Virus record (IMG/VR): IMGVR_UViG_3300044260_000061
Span: 1 to 50,270 of that record
Strand: one strand, 5' to 3'
DNA from: a virus
Taxonomy: Duplodnaviria; Caudoviricetes
Length of the DNA stretch: 50,270 bases
The notes under the pieces are model-generated. The model saw only the letters and a program-made list of their open reading frames with translations. It did not search any database and was not told the origin of the DNA. The position numbers were made by a program, and so were the translations under genes. This document shows positions 1 to 9,312 of the stretch, piece after piece (the stretch's first letter is position 1; each line of letters starts with the position of its first letter).

Positions 1-487
1 CGTCGTCGTCGTCTCCCACCAGGTGGAGCTGGCGGACGTTGTTCGCCTGGGCGTCGCCGACGCCGCCGGAGAAGTTCGCGTTCTTGATGTTGTCGACCTC
101 GTGGGTGTCCATGTTGAGGTCGCCCGTCATCGCGCGCGAGCCGTCGATGATGAGGTACCCTAGGCCGAGCTCCCACCAGTTCTCGTCCCCACCTACCGTC
201 GGCTCGGCACCCGGGAGCGACGTCTGCGCCGTGAGGCACATGAACGTGAGGATCGCGTCGCCGGCCGTCGCGAGGTAGACGATGTCTCCCACCTCGTAGT
301 CGGTGTCCGCCGACCACTCCCCGCGCCAGGTGACGCCCTTCGGCCCCGGAGGCCCCTGGGGCCCGGGGGCGCCCCGACCGGCGCCCCCGCCTCCGGTCCC
401 GGCCCCGAGCAGCCCGATGATCCGAGGCCGAAGGGCGCTGAAGATCGCGTCGATGTCGACTCCGGCGAGCGGCCCTACACGCGCCAC
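1..487 (-). CDS. tail fibre-like protein, 5' part (continues across the window junction to 50005; about 250 aa total)
   Basis: Own translation: GTG at 487 after GGAGG gives MARVGPLAGVDIDAIF...GPQGPPGPKGVTWRGEWSADTDYEVGDIV...YLIIDGSRAMTGDLNM...LVGDDDD with no stop before position 1. Collagen-like triplets and fibre-type motifs. Missing from the ORF track because it crosses the edge. Confidence 0.75.
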   Translation of the reverse strand, partial: MARVGPLAGVDIDAIFSALRPRIIGLLGAGTGGGGAGRGAPGPQGPPGPKGVTWRGEWSADTDYEVGDIVYLATAGDAILTFMCLTAQTSLPGAEPTVGGDENWWELGLGYLIIDGSRAMTGDLNMDTHEVDNIKNANFSGGVGDAQANNVRQLHLVGDDDD

Positions 488-2721
488 GTTGCCTCCAGTC
501 CCGAGATGGGGTTCCGGCGGACCTCGACGAGCCGGATGTAGGCGTCGGCGTGCCGGTCCGCGACGTCGTTCCCGATGCCGAGCCAGTCACGGGCGGTGAT
601 CGCTCCCTCGTAGGCGAAGCGGCCCACGACGGAGCCGCTCGAGATGAGCGATCCGTCGGCCTCGAGGAAGACAGCGAAGCCGACCTCGATCGACCACGGC
701 GAGTACTCCGTCCAGCCGTCGGCCCCGAGCCAGCGTGCCCAGGCCCGGAGGACGTGCGTGCGGTTCAGGTCGAGGTCCGCGATCGGGCAGTCGAGCCGGA
801 AGGTCGTCTGGCCGCTCACGGCCCGCTCGAACCGGATCACGTCGTCGGAGCCCGTCTGCGCCACAAACTGCAGCGCGTCCCAGGTCGACGCCGCGTGCTG
901 CGCATGGAGGAGGGGGTGCACGTCGTCATCCGGGAGGGCCTCCGAGCGCCAGAACGGCCGGACCTCGATGACCGCGAGTCCGCGCTCGTAGCTCCAGATC
1001 TCGGCGGCGAGGGTGTTCGGCAGCCGGTGCACGTCGGGGTCCCGGGCGATTACGGCGCCCAGGGTGACGAGGGGCGTGCGCGCCCCCGCAACTGCCGTGG
1101 TGGAATGCTGCACGTCCACGATGGCCGCGTGCAGCGTCACCGGCCCCATGGAGCCCGAGAAACGGCCGACCCCGACGGCGTAGGTTCCGGCCGAGCACGG
1201 GATGGCATCGGCGACGGCCTCGCCGGATGGCTCATCCGACGGGATCGGGTTGTACGCCGGCGTCCCGGTCCACGTGCGGCCGGCCTCGCTCCAGTAGTTC
1301 GCCCCGGACCGCAGGTACCACTCCCCGCCTTGCGTCGCCGGCGTGGGGATGCTCGTGTTCTTGACGACCACGCGGACATGGAGCATCCCCGCTCCGAGCG
1401 CGCCCAGGCTGCGCTCGCGGCCGCCGCGGCCGCCTGCGGCTCCGTACGTCAGTCGACACGACGAGAGGTAGCCCTGTTCCTCCACCATCGGAACCAGGGC
1501 GTCAGCCGTTGCCGCGAAGTCCCCAACTGCCCCCACCGTCGCCCAGCCGGCCTGCATCAGGTCGTAGTTCTGGAGGCACACGGCGACGTCACCCCCGCCC
1601 TGGGCCGCGAGGCCCTCGGAACAGAGGTTCGGGTAGTCCTCGAGGACGCGCATCATGACCCCGTCCCCGGGACGCGGCGACCATCCATCCTGAGCGCGCG
1701 TGTGGACATAGCCGGCCCCCTTGTCGAGGAAGGCGAGCCCCTGGAGCTCCGGCGACCAGGGGGCGTCGATGCGGTACGCGGCCCAGAGGAGGCAGCGGAA
1801 GGACTGCAAGTCGAAGACCTGGTCCTCGATGCGGAACGTCTCCGGGAGGATGGTCCGCTTCAGGATCATCCCAGCCCGGCGCTCTAGACGGCGGCGTCCC
1901 CAGCCGTCCGCCGCGACGGCCGGCCCCCGCGGGTGCGACAGGTAAACGCCCGAGCCGACGTCACCGATGGCATGGTCCGCGAGCGAGCGCACGGCGACGG
2001 TGTTCCGCGCCCGCCGCATGAGGCGGAGCGTCATGGCCGCGGCATGCCGGATGTTGTCGACGTAGCCCCCGAGGTCCTCGACGCTCAGGACCACCCGCAG
2101 CTTGTGGACGCGGATCTTCCAGAAGGAGCCTTGCTCGTTCGTGAAGGCCGGCGCAGATGCCTCGACCTCTATCCCCGCGGCGAAGTTCGCAACGGAGAGG
2201 TCGTCGATCGTCCAGGGGCCGCCCTCCGGGTGCGCGTCGGTCTCCCACTCCTGCAGGAGCGGGCCCGAGTACCCGAGGTGGGTGTTGATGTTCTCGTCGT
2301 AGGCCGCGTCCGCCGGCCATGCCATCTCGCGGTAGGACGAATACAGGTTTCCCGACTTCGCGCGGTTGCGGATCGCGAGCCGGGCCCGAGGCCCGAAGGC
2401 GTTGTCGCCCGGGAAGTACCAGTTGTTCGGCCCCTGCTGGCTGTAGCTCCACCAGGCTTGCAGCTTCACCGACCGGAAGAGGGCCAGCGTGGGAGGCGCG
2501 GCGAACGAGGCGAGGACCGTGCCCACGCCGCCAGAGTCCTTCCCGGGCCACATGTACCAGTACGAGTCCGCGTCGTCATCCGACCAGACGTCGGCCAGCG
2601 TCTTCGTCGGGCTCCCGGCCCATGGGTAGCCCGACGAGTTCGGGTCGCGCGAGGTCTGCGCTCCGCCCGTCGCGGTGTCGGAGACTTCGCCCGTCGCCTC
2701 GAGGATGACTTCTCGGATCAT
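475..2721 (-). CDS. large minor tail / tail-tip protein (748 aa)
   Basis: C-terminal part of the 475..4398 ORF. The likely start MIREVILEATG at 2721 overlaps the upstream stop (ATGA). Normal composition, second gene after the tape measure. Confidence 0.7.
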   Translation of the reverse strand: MIREVILEATGEVSDTATGGAQTSRDPNSSGYPWAGSPTKTLADVWSDDDADSYWYMWPGKDSGGVGTVLASFAAPPTLALFRSVKLQAWWSYSQQGPNNWYFPGDNAFGPRARLAIRNRAKSGNLYSSYREMAWPADAAYDENINTHLGYSGPLLQEWETDAHPEGGPWTIDDLSVANFAAGIEVEASAPAFTNEQGSFWKIRVHKLRVVLSVEDLGGYVDNIRHAAAMTLRLMRRARNTVAVRSLADHAIGDVGSGVYLSHPRGPAVAADGWGRRRLERRAGMILKRTILPETFRIEDQVFDLQSFRCLLWAAYRIDAPWSPELQGLAFLDKGAGYVHTRAQDGWSPRPGDGVMMRVLEDYPNLCSEGLAAQGGGDVAVCLQNYDLMQAGWATVGAVGDFAATADALVPMVEEQGYLSSCRLTYGAAGGRGGRERSLGALGAGMLHVRVVVKNTSIPTPATQGGEWYLRSGANYWSEAGRTWTGTPAYNPIPSDEPSGEAVADAIPCSAGTYAVGVGRFSGSMGPVTLHAAIVDVQHSTTAVAGARTPLVTLGAVIARDPDVHRLPNTLAAEIWSYERGLAVIEVRPFWRSEALPDDDVHPLLHAQHAASTWDALQFVAQTGSDDVIRFERAVSGQTTFRLDCPIADLDLNRTHVLRAWARWLGADGWTEYSPWSIEVGFAVFLEADGSLISSGSVVGRFAYEGAITARDWLGIGNDVADRHADAYIRLVEVRRNPISGLEATWRV

Positions 2722-4076
2722 TCGAGCGTGAATCTCCCCTGGCTCCAGACGCACGGCACCTCGAGCGCGACCTTCTCGGGGAGGGCCGCGACGTCGTGCG
2801 CCTCGAGTGCGCCGACGAACTTCTGCTCGGCCGAGCTCCACATGTACGGGACCTTGACGTGCGTGTAGACTTCGCGCCGGTCCCCCGGGGCGTAGTCGAC
2901 GAGTCCGCCCTCGTGATGGGCCTCGACGTCGAACCACGAGGCGTCGTCGGGGTCGACGTCGTCGGGGTCGACGATGACGAACGCGAGCGTCCCGAGCGGC
3001 GTCCAGTGGATGCGGACCCAGGGGAACGCTTCGAGGAAGGTCCCGATCACCTCGGCCGCGCTCTCCGGGTTCTGGTCGCCCCCGAAGCGACGGGCCGACT
3101 CGTACCCGTGCATGTCGAACCAGGCCGCGGCGGCGTCCCAGGACTCCGCGTCGATGATCGCGTGCGGCCCGCGCCAGGCGCCGAGCGGCGGGGTGCGGTA
3201 GACGTACTCTTCCAGCATCGCCCGAAGCTGGGTCACGGGGTTCGTCAGGCTTGCACCGGCGGCGAGGCCGGAGGCGTCGGGGCCCTCGCAGTCGAAGGAG
3301 ACGACGACGCCTTTGTCGGGCTGGTAGCCCTCGCTGATCGAGATGATCGTCGCGACGTTGTTCCCATAGACGCCGCGGAGCGTCGTCCACACGGTGCTCG
3401 GCTGCGCGACGCCGTCGTAGTAGATGCGGCGGATGTTGACGAGGAGGTTGCCGGAGGCCCACCACCAGTAGCCGAGGTCCTTGTCGTAGCGGACGTTCAC
3501 GGCCGGCACCATGCCGCGCGCGGTGATGAGGAAGGAGTCCTGGATGCCGAGGACGAGGGGGACCGCGGTCCCGAAGATCGTCGAGTCCGCGGCCGAGCCC
3601 CACTCGGTCCGGCTGAAGGTCTTCGAGGGGACGGGGGTGCGCAGCACGGTGTCGTCCGTCTTGAGGAGGAGCTTCGTGAAGAGGCTGTCCCGCTCCCAGT
3701 CCTCGACGATGCCGACGAAGCAGGGTTCCCAGTCCTCGGCGACGAGGGCCGGCGCCCCCCAGTCGATCCGGGCCGCGCTCCCCCGGGGGTCGTAGGTCTC
3801 CAGCATCCGGAGAAGCGTCCCCGCCGGGTCGGAGATCCCGACGGACGTCCGGACAGCCTCGAGCGAGCCCCGCTCGATCCCGGAGCCGTATTCGATCGAG
3901 TCCCAGCCCCCGGGCTTCGTGACGGCGGACACCTGGCCACGGGACGTGATTCGCATCGAGGGCGAGTAGAGCCCCTGCCCGAGGTCGAGGCCGCGGGCAA
4001 GCCAGTCGACGGTGAGGATCGGGAAGACCTCGGCGCCCCGGGCGCGCGCCTCCGCGAGGGCCGCGGAGCGCATCAC
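2718..4076 (-). CDS. tail protein following tape measure (hub/baseplate-like, 452 aa)
   Basis: Directly after the TMP with overlapping stop/start. Beta-rich sequence with a VPLVLG motif typical of tail hub proteins. Confidence 0.65.
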   Translation of the reverse strand: MMRSAALAEARARGAEVFPILTVDWLARGLDLGQGLYSPSMRITSRGQVSAVTKPGGWDSIEYGSGIERGSLEAVRTSVGISDPAGTLLRMLETYDPRGSAARIDWGAPALVAEDWEPCFVGIVEDWERDSLFTKLLLKTDDTVLRTPVPSKTFSRTEWGSAADSTIFGTAVPLVLGIQDSFLITARGMVPAVNVRYDKDLGYWWWASGNLLVNIRRIYYDGVAQPSTVWTTLRGVYGNNVATIISISEGYQPDKGVVVSFDCEGPDASGLAAGASLTNPVTQLRAMLEEYVYRTPPLGAWRGPHAIIDAESWDAAAAWFDMHGYESARRFGGDQNPESAAEVIGTFLEAFPWVRIHWTPLGTLAFVIVDPDDVDPDDASWFDVEAHHEGGLVDYAPGDRREVYTHVKVPYMWSSAEQKFVGALEAHDVAALPEKVALEVPCVWSQGRFTLE

Positions 4077-6754
4077 GCGCGTCCGGACGCGACGGCCGCC
4101 GCGAGGTCGCGCGCCATCTCACGCTGCATCGTCTTGAGCGTGAAGGCGCGCTGCCGCAGAACCCCCTCGAAGGTCTGGAGGGGGTCGTCGTTGAACACGG
4201 GGGCGATGTTGAAGACGTCGCCCCCGCCGCCCGTGTAGCCTCCGGACTCCAGCGCGTCGAGCGGGATGATCGCCTCTGGGCCGTGGAGTATCGCGGCCGT
4301 GCCGGATCCGAAGTTCCCCCAGCCGCCGTCCGCGAAGCTCGGCGTGTTCTCCGGCAGGCTCGGCACGGTCGGAGTCGTGCTGGTGTTGGAGGCCCCACTC
4401 GGCGTGCCGGCGATCTGCTTGAGGACTCCGAGCTGCTCCTTCTGGACGTTCAGTGACTGGAGCGCCGGGTCGGCGAGGATCTCGATCCCGTTCGCCTTCG
4501 CCTCGTCGAGGAGCGCCTGCGTCTTCGCGTCCAGGGCATTTCCGCTCTGCATGGCGGCGTTGAGCTGCTCGCGCAGGATAGGCGCGATGGCGATGAGGCC
4601 GGCGCGGGTCGCCCCTTGGGGATCGAGGCCCTGGGCCGTGGCCGCGTCCTGGGCTTGCTTCCGGAGATCCTCGGCGGCTTGCGCGCCGACCGCCGAGACG
4701 CCCGCATCGATGACGCCGGCGGTCCGCATCCCGCCCAGCATCCCGGCGACGTCCTGCGCGGCGCCCTGCGCCCCCGTGAACTCCTTCGACCCCGTCAGGC
4801 GGGCGTCGATGGTGCCAATGCCGTACTTCATGAGGGCGCCGTTGACGGCGCCGAACAGCGCCTCGATCGCGGCGGACGACTTCACGGAACCGTCCGCGAT
4901 CTTGGCCTGGAGGCTCTCCGCGGACTGCGCGGCCCGCCCGAGGCCGGCCTCGAGGTCCTGCCGGCTCTTGATCTTCGCTTGGAGCGCCTCCTCCTCGGCC
5001 TTCCGCTTCGCCTCTTCGGCTGCCGCCTTCTCCGCCGCCTTCTGCTCCTTCGACTTCCCGCCGAACAGGCTCTTGATCCCCGAGAAGAGCGAGCCCGCGA
5101 CGCCGATGATCGACCCGACCATCCCAAGCCCGCCGGCGACCTTGCCGAGCACGCTCTTGAAGCCGCCGCCCTTGATGTCCTTCATGGCGTTGAACCCGCT
5201 GATGGCTCCGCCCAAGCCGGACGACAGTGACGCGGCGAAGCCCACGATGTCCCCGGTCAGGCCGCCCGTCGTCTGCGCCAGGCCCTGGAGCTGGTCCGCG
5301 AGAGTCCCGAGCGTCGACGTCCAGGTCTCCGTCTCCTTCGTCGCCTCCTTCGCCTTCTCTGCGGCATCCTTCCCCGCGTCTCCCCAGGTGATGAAGCCCT
5401 GAGCGTCGAGCCCGAAGTCGAAGTTCCGAGCACCGACCATCGCGCCCATACCGAGGTCGCGCCCCTGCGGCAGGAACCCGACGCCGTCGAGCGTCGTGGC
5501 CATGCCGCTGCCGGCCTTCTTCTTCGCCTCGTCGAGGATCTGGAACGCGAGCTTCCGCGCGCTCTTCGCGGCGTCGGCCAGGAGGCTGCTGATCTCCTCC
5601 TGCTCCTTGGCCGATTCCTTGGCCGCCTTCGCCGACGCCTTCCGGGCTTCCTCCTCCTCGGGGCCGAGCGTCAGCCCCGACTTGTCGAGGTAGGTCTCCG
5701 GGCTCGAGATCCGCGCGAGCTCCGCGAAGCCGCCGCTCAGACCGGCGATGCCGCCCTCGATCCCGGTCGTGCTGATGCGGACCGGCTTGCTCAGGTAGTT
5801 GAAGACGGGGACGATCGACGCAAGGGCCCGGTTCTTCCAGAGCTCCCAGTTTCTCCCGGCCTCGTCGAGGGCCTTGTCCGTCTCCGCCAGGGCCCGCACC
5901 TGCTCGGGGCCGAGCGTCTCGATCATCTTGTACGCACCGGACGCGACGTCGTCGAGGATCGGAATCAGGTCCGTCCCGGCCCGCCCGAGGCCGGCCTGGG
6001 CTGCCGCGGACTTGATCGCGGGGTCTTCGATGCCCGCCACCGCCTGAGCGAACGCCTGGAGACGCTGCTCCTGCGTCATGAGGTCCCAGCCGGTGATGTC
6101 GATCCCGAACTTTGCGATGTCCTTCCCCCCGGACGCGATCTCCGCGCTCAGGGCCTTCATGCCCTTCCGGAGCGCCTCGGGGGCGATCTGGGCCTCCGTC
6201 ATGACCTGGGAGAGCTGCTGGACGGTCTCCATCCCGAGGCCCGTCGACTTCGCCGTGTTCGACCACTCCTCCGCCTTGTCCGCGAGCTCGGCGACCGCGG
6301 TGTACGCCTTCGTCCCCGCGAAGGCCACGGCACCGAAGGCGCCAGCGGCCACGACGCCCGCGGGACCGAGCGCGGAGAGGGCCCCGGCCACCCCGCCGCC
6401 CGTCGTCAGCGACGCGAACGCCGCCCCGAACTTCGACCCGATCCCGGTCAGCCCCGAGAGGCTCGCTGGCACCTTCGCGCCCGCGGCGGCCAGTTGGTTG
6501 ACCTGCAGCGTGACCCGGCCGAGCTGGGCCCCCGTGAGATTCGCCGTGCCGCCCAGCCCGCGAACGGCGAGCTCCAGCGCCTTCATGTCCGCGGTGGGCC
6601 GCGCCGCCGTGACCTTGTCGAGTTGGCCCTGGACGGCCTTGAGCTCGACCCCCATGCGGCCCGCCGCCTGGGCCGCGTCCCTCAGGGACTTCTGGAGGAC
6701 ACCGCTCCCGCCCGTGAGTTCGACGCGCAGCGTACGCAGCGTGTCACCGGCCAT
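4073..6754 (-). CDS. tail tape measure protein (893 aa)
   Basis: N-terminus TLRTLRVELTG, long Ala/Gly-rich helical body, C-terminal SFADGG...ILHGPEAIIPL motif. Follows the tail chaperones. Confidence 0.92.
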   Translation of the reverse strand: MAGDTLRTLRVELTGGSGVLQKSLRDAAQAAGRMGVELKAVQGQLDKVTAARPTADMKALELAVRGLGGTANLTGAQLGRVTLQVNQLAAAGAKVPASLSGLTGIGSKFGAAFASLTTGGGVAGALSALGPAGVVAAGAFGAVAFAGTKAYTAVAELADKAEEWSNTAKSTGLGMETVQQLSQVMTEAQIAPEALRKGMKALSAEIASGGKDIAKFGIDITGWDLMTQEQRLQAFAQAVAGIEDPAIKSAAAQAGLGRAGTDLIPILDDVASGAYKMIETLGPEQVRALAETDKALDEAGRNWELWKNRALASIVPVFNYLSKPVRISTTGIEGGIAGLSGGFAELARISSPETYLDKSGLTLGPEEEEARKASAKAAKESAKEQEEISSLLADAAKSARKLAFQILDEAKKKAGSGMATTLDGVGFLPQGRDLGMGAMVGARNFDFGLDAQGFITWGDAGKDAAEKAKEATKETETWTSTLGTLADQLQGLAQTTGGLTGDIVGFAASLSSGLGGAISGFNAMKDIKGGGFKSVLGKVAGGLGMVGSIIGVAGSLFSGIKSLFGGKSKEQKAAEKAAAEEAKRKAEEEALQAKIKSRQDLEAGLGRAAQSAESLQAKIADGSVKSSAAIEALFGAVNGALMKYGIGTIDARLTGSKEFTGAQGAAQDVAGMLGGMRTAGVIDAGVSAVGAQAAEDLRKQAQDAATAQGLDPQGATRAGLIAIAPILREQLNAAMQSGNALDAKTQALLDEAKANGIEILADPALQSLNVQKEQLGVLKQIAGTPSGASNTSTTPTVPSLPENTPSFADGGWGNFGSGTAAILHGPEAIIPLDALESGGYTGGGGDVFNIAPVFNDDPLQTFEGVLRQRAFTLKTMQREMARDLAAAVASGRA

Positions 6755-7079
6755 GGGTGGCAGCCCCTCCTTCGCGGCGGTGGAGCTTCAGCCCGGCGGC
6801 GGAGGCCCACGCCATGACGTTCATGCGGACCTCTTCGGGGGTTTGCTGGGCACGCGGGGAGGCTTCACCGACGAGCGTCTTCAGGCTGGGAAGCTGCTTC
6901 GATCTCATCAGCGCCGCCATGTACCAGGCCTCCCGCAGTGAGAGCCGCGCCGCGTGTTCCTGACGCCACAGCGCGCCCTTCAGGAGGATCGAGAGCTCGC
7001 GGAGCGTCGCCGCGTTCACCTCCTCCGGTGTGATGCCCGCTCGGGCCGCGTCTAGGAAGACGTCGGCCCACCGGAAGGG
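6744..7079 (-). CDS. tail assembly chaperone extension (gpT-like, -1 frameshift product)
   Basis: ORF in the -1 frame of the 7052..7423 gene (FRWADVFLDAARAGITPEEVNAATLREL...). No convincing start of its own; lies just before the TMP. Confidence 0.7.
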   Translation of the reverse strand, partial: PFRWADVFLDAARAGITPEEVNAATLRELSILLKGALWRQEHAARLSLREAWYMAALMRSKQLPSLKTLVGEASPRAQQTPEEVRMNVMAWASAAGLKLHRREGGAATHGR

Positions 7080-7423
7080 CGGGGCTTGCCTCCCTTCTTC
7101 GGATCGACCGGCTCCTTCTCGGGCAGCGCCCAGCGGACCGCCTCCTCGATCGTGCGCTCGCATCGGGGCATCCCGAGCTCCGTCATGATGTCGCCCGCCT
7201 CCTCGATCGTGATCTCGGGCTGGTGCGCCAGGAGCCCGTGGTAGATGACCATGCGCGGTCGCTTGAAGCCGGAGAGCTGCTGGAGGGCGAGGGCGAACTC
7301 CTCGTCCTTGTCGGCGAGGCCGAAGTCGTTCTGAATCGCGATCATCTCGTTCACGCCCAGGCGGAAGGTGAGCTTCTTCCCTCCCGCCTGGATCTCGACC
7401 TCGCCGTGCAGGTTGTTGGCCAT
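7052..7423 (-). CDS. tail assembly chaperone (gpG / GTA-gp10-like, 123 aa)
   Basis: MANNLHGEVEIQAGGKKLTFRLG N-terminus; between tail tube and TMP. Confidence 0.8.
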   Translation of the reverse strand: MANNLHGEVEIQAGGKKLTFRLGVNEMIAIQNDFGLADKDEEFALALQQLSGFKRPRMVIYHGLLAHQPEITIEEAGDIMTELGMPRCERTIEEAVRWALPEKEPVDPKKGGKPRPSGGPTSS

Positions 7424-7436
7424 GGTGGACCCCCGG

Positions 7437-7889
7437 CTACGAGATCTCGGGGAAGGTCCGGACGTTCAGGCCGGCGAGCGTCAGGGTGATCGTTGCGGTC
7501 AGCGGATCGTTCGGCCCCAGCTTCGGCTTGAAGCCGCTCACGAAGGCGGGGAAGATGTCCGTCTCCATCCCGTCGGGGAAGGAGAACTTCCAGTTGGCCA
7601 CCGCCCTCGATGCCTTCAGGGCCATGATCCGCTGGTGGATCTCGTACACCGCGGGGTTGTAGTTCACGTCGAAGGTCGCCTCGCCCGCGTCGATCATGCC
7701 GGCGATCTTCTCCTTCACGCCCCCCGGGCTCTCGAAGTGCGAGACGTCGTGCGTGTCCACCTTCTCGTCGGGCGGCTCGAACCCGGTCAGGTCGTAGACC
7801 TGGTCGAAGGTCTCGGGGGGGCCGTCGCCGTTGCCGAGCTCCAGCTTGGAACCGTATCCGGTGACCGCCTGCGTGGCATGTTCCGCCAT
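7437..7889 (-). CDS. major tail tube protein (150 aa)
   Basis: DTHDVSHFESPGGVKEKIAGMIDAGEATF and FPAFVSGF...LTATITL motifs of siphophage tail tube proteins. Confidence 0.88.
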   Translation of the reverse strand: MAEHATQAVTGYGSKLELGNGDGPPETFDQVYDLTGFEPPDEKVDTHDVSHFESPGGVKEKIAGMIDAGEATFDVNYNPAVYEIHQRIMALKASRAVANWKFSFPDGMETDIFPAFVSGFKPKLGPNDPLTATITLTLAGLNVRTFPEIS

Positions 7890-7892
7890 GAC

Positions 7893-8465
7893 TTACGCTC
7901 CTTCCGTGGACTCCGCGGCGGGTTGCCGCGCAAACGAGATGTCGTGCTCGAGGTTCTTGATGAGGGAGGCCTGCGCCGCCTCCTGGAAGGCGGCGAGCTT
8001 CTTCTCGAAGACGTGCGGCAGCGACGGGCCCTGCAGCTCGATGATCGCGAGCCGCTTCTTCGCCTTGCGCTTGAAGACCCCGCGGTGGCCGCTCTTCATC
8101 GTCGCGATGAAGGCGTCCGGCACCCGACCGCGGCCCGTGGGGAGCCGGTACGACACGCCCTTCCCGCGCCCGCGCGAGGGTTCCGGGCCGCGGGCCTGGA
8201 AGGCGACCAGGGGGAGCCGTCGGCCCTTGATCGTCAGCCGCACGAGCGGGAACGACCGCGTTGCCTTGTCGAGGGCGATCTCGCGCTTGACGTCCTTCGC
8301 CGCGAGGCCGGTGTCCGCCGTGATCGCCCGCACCATCGCCGTCTGCCCGCTGACGCCGGCACGGTTGAGCGCGCGCGCCAGGATCGCCGGCGCCTGGTCG
8401 GCCATGCTCTCGAGGTCCTTCTGCAGGGCCCGGATGTCGGCCTCGAAGCGGTAATCGTTGCTCAC
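7893..8465 (-). CDS. minor tail protein Z-like (190 aa)
   Basis: GTG start at 8465 overlapping the upstream stop. ARALNRAG, AFIATMKSGHRGVFKR and LQGPSLP are typical of the lambda gpZ family. Confidence 0.8.
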   Translation of the reverse strand: MSNDYRFEADIRALQKDLESMADQAPAILARALNRAGVSGQTAMVRAITADTGLAAKDVKREIALDKATRSFPLVRLTIKGRRLPLVAFQARGPEPSRGRGKGVSYRLPTGRGRVPDAFIATMKSGHRGVFKRKAKKRLAIIELQGPSLPHVFEKKLAAFQEAAQASLIKNLEHDISFARQPAAESTEGA

Positions 8466-8968
8466 GCGCCACCCCCGCCCCACCGCTCCTCGAAGTTGGC
8501 GATGTACTCGACCGAGGCGCCGACGTACGTGCTCCCCTCGCGGCGCTTGATGGTCCGGATGACGCCGCGCTCGAGGCCCCGGGGAAGGGTGCCGTACGGC
8601 TTTCCGTCCTCCCCGACCACGCCGAGGAAACGATCGACGGAGCCGTCGGCCTCGATCTCGACGGCCTCCTTGATGTCGGCGATGATCGCCTCGATCGCGA
8701 GCAGCGGATCGTTGAGGCCGGCTGGAACGACCGCCCATATCTCGATCGGCGTCCGCGTCCGAATGAGGCCCCCCGCGGCCTGGGGGCTGTCGTCTTCGAC
8801 CAGCACGGCGAGCGCCTCGGGCGGATCGTCTTCTCCAAAGGTCGGGGCCTCCCCAACGAACATGTGCTCGCCGGCGTCGGTGTTGTAGCCGTTCGCCTTC
8901 GTGATGAACTCCAGGCGGCGGACGAGCTCGCCGATCGCGGCCTGGCGCTTGCTCGATGGAAGGGGCAT
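8462..8968 (-). CDS. tail terminator / completion protein (gpU-like, 168 aa)
   Basis: SKRQAAIGELVRRLEFITKANGYNTDAG N-terminus; position in the head-tail connector block. Confidence 0.7.
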   Translation of the reverse strand: MPLPSSKRQAAIGELVRRLEFITKANGYNTDAGEHMFVGEAPTFGEDDPPEALAVLVEDDSPQAAGGLIRTRTPIEIWAVVPAGLNDPLLAIEAIIADIKEAVEIEADGSVDRFLGVVGEDGKPYGTLPRGLERGVIRTIKRREGSTYVGASVEYIANFEERWGGGGA

Positions 8969-9300
8969 CAGCTTCCCTGCTCATGCGGGACCACCCAGAC
9001 GCGGTGGTGGTCCGAGTCGAAACGCTCCATGGAGTCGGTGGCCCACTCCCGAGCTTCACCGCCCTCGTACTCCGCCATGCTGACGATCGTCCCGCGTGGA
9101 ACCTGCGGCACCTCACTCGTGGGCAGCACGAGGACGCGGCGCGCCTCGGACCGTCGAAACTCCGGCCCGACGCCGACCTGCTCGATCGTCGACGGGAGCC
9201 AGAAGGCTCGCGTCTCGACCGGGTCGCCGCCGGGCGGAGTCACGACGGCCGGGAGCGCGAACGCGCTCAGGGCCGATTCGAGCGAGGGCCGCAGGTCCAT
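8968..9300 (-). CDS. head-tail joining protein (gpFII-like, 110 aa)
   Basis: Size, position after the capsid gene, beta-rich with VPRGTIV motif. Confidence 0.7.
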   Translation of the reverse strand: MDLRPSLESALSAFALPAVVTPPGGDPVETRAFWLPSTIEQVGVGPEFRRSEARRVLVLPTSEVPQVPRGTIVSMAEYEGGEAREWATDSMERFDSDHHRVWVVPHEQGS

Positions 9301-9312
9301 CGCGGGCTGCGG

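Noticed and set aside
2722-4398. N-terminal half of the 1307 aa ORF
   Set aside because: Arg/Gly/Pro-rich shadow frame overlapping the real 2718..4076 and TMP genes; the likely start is 2721.
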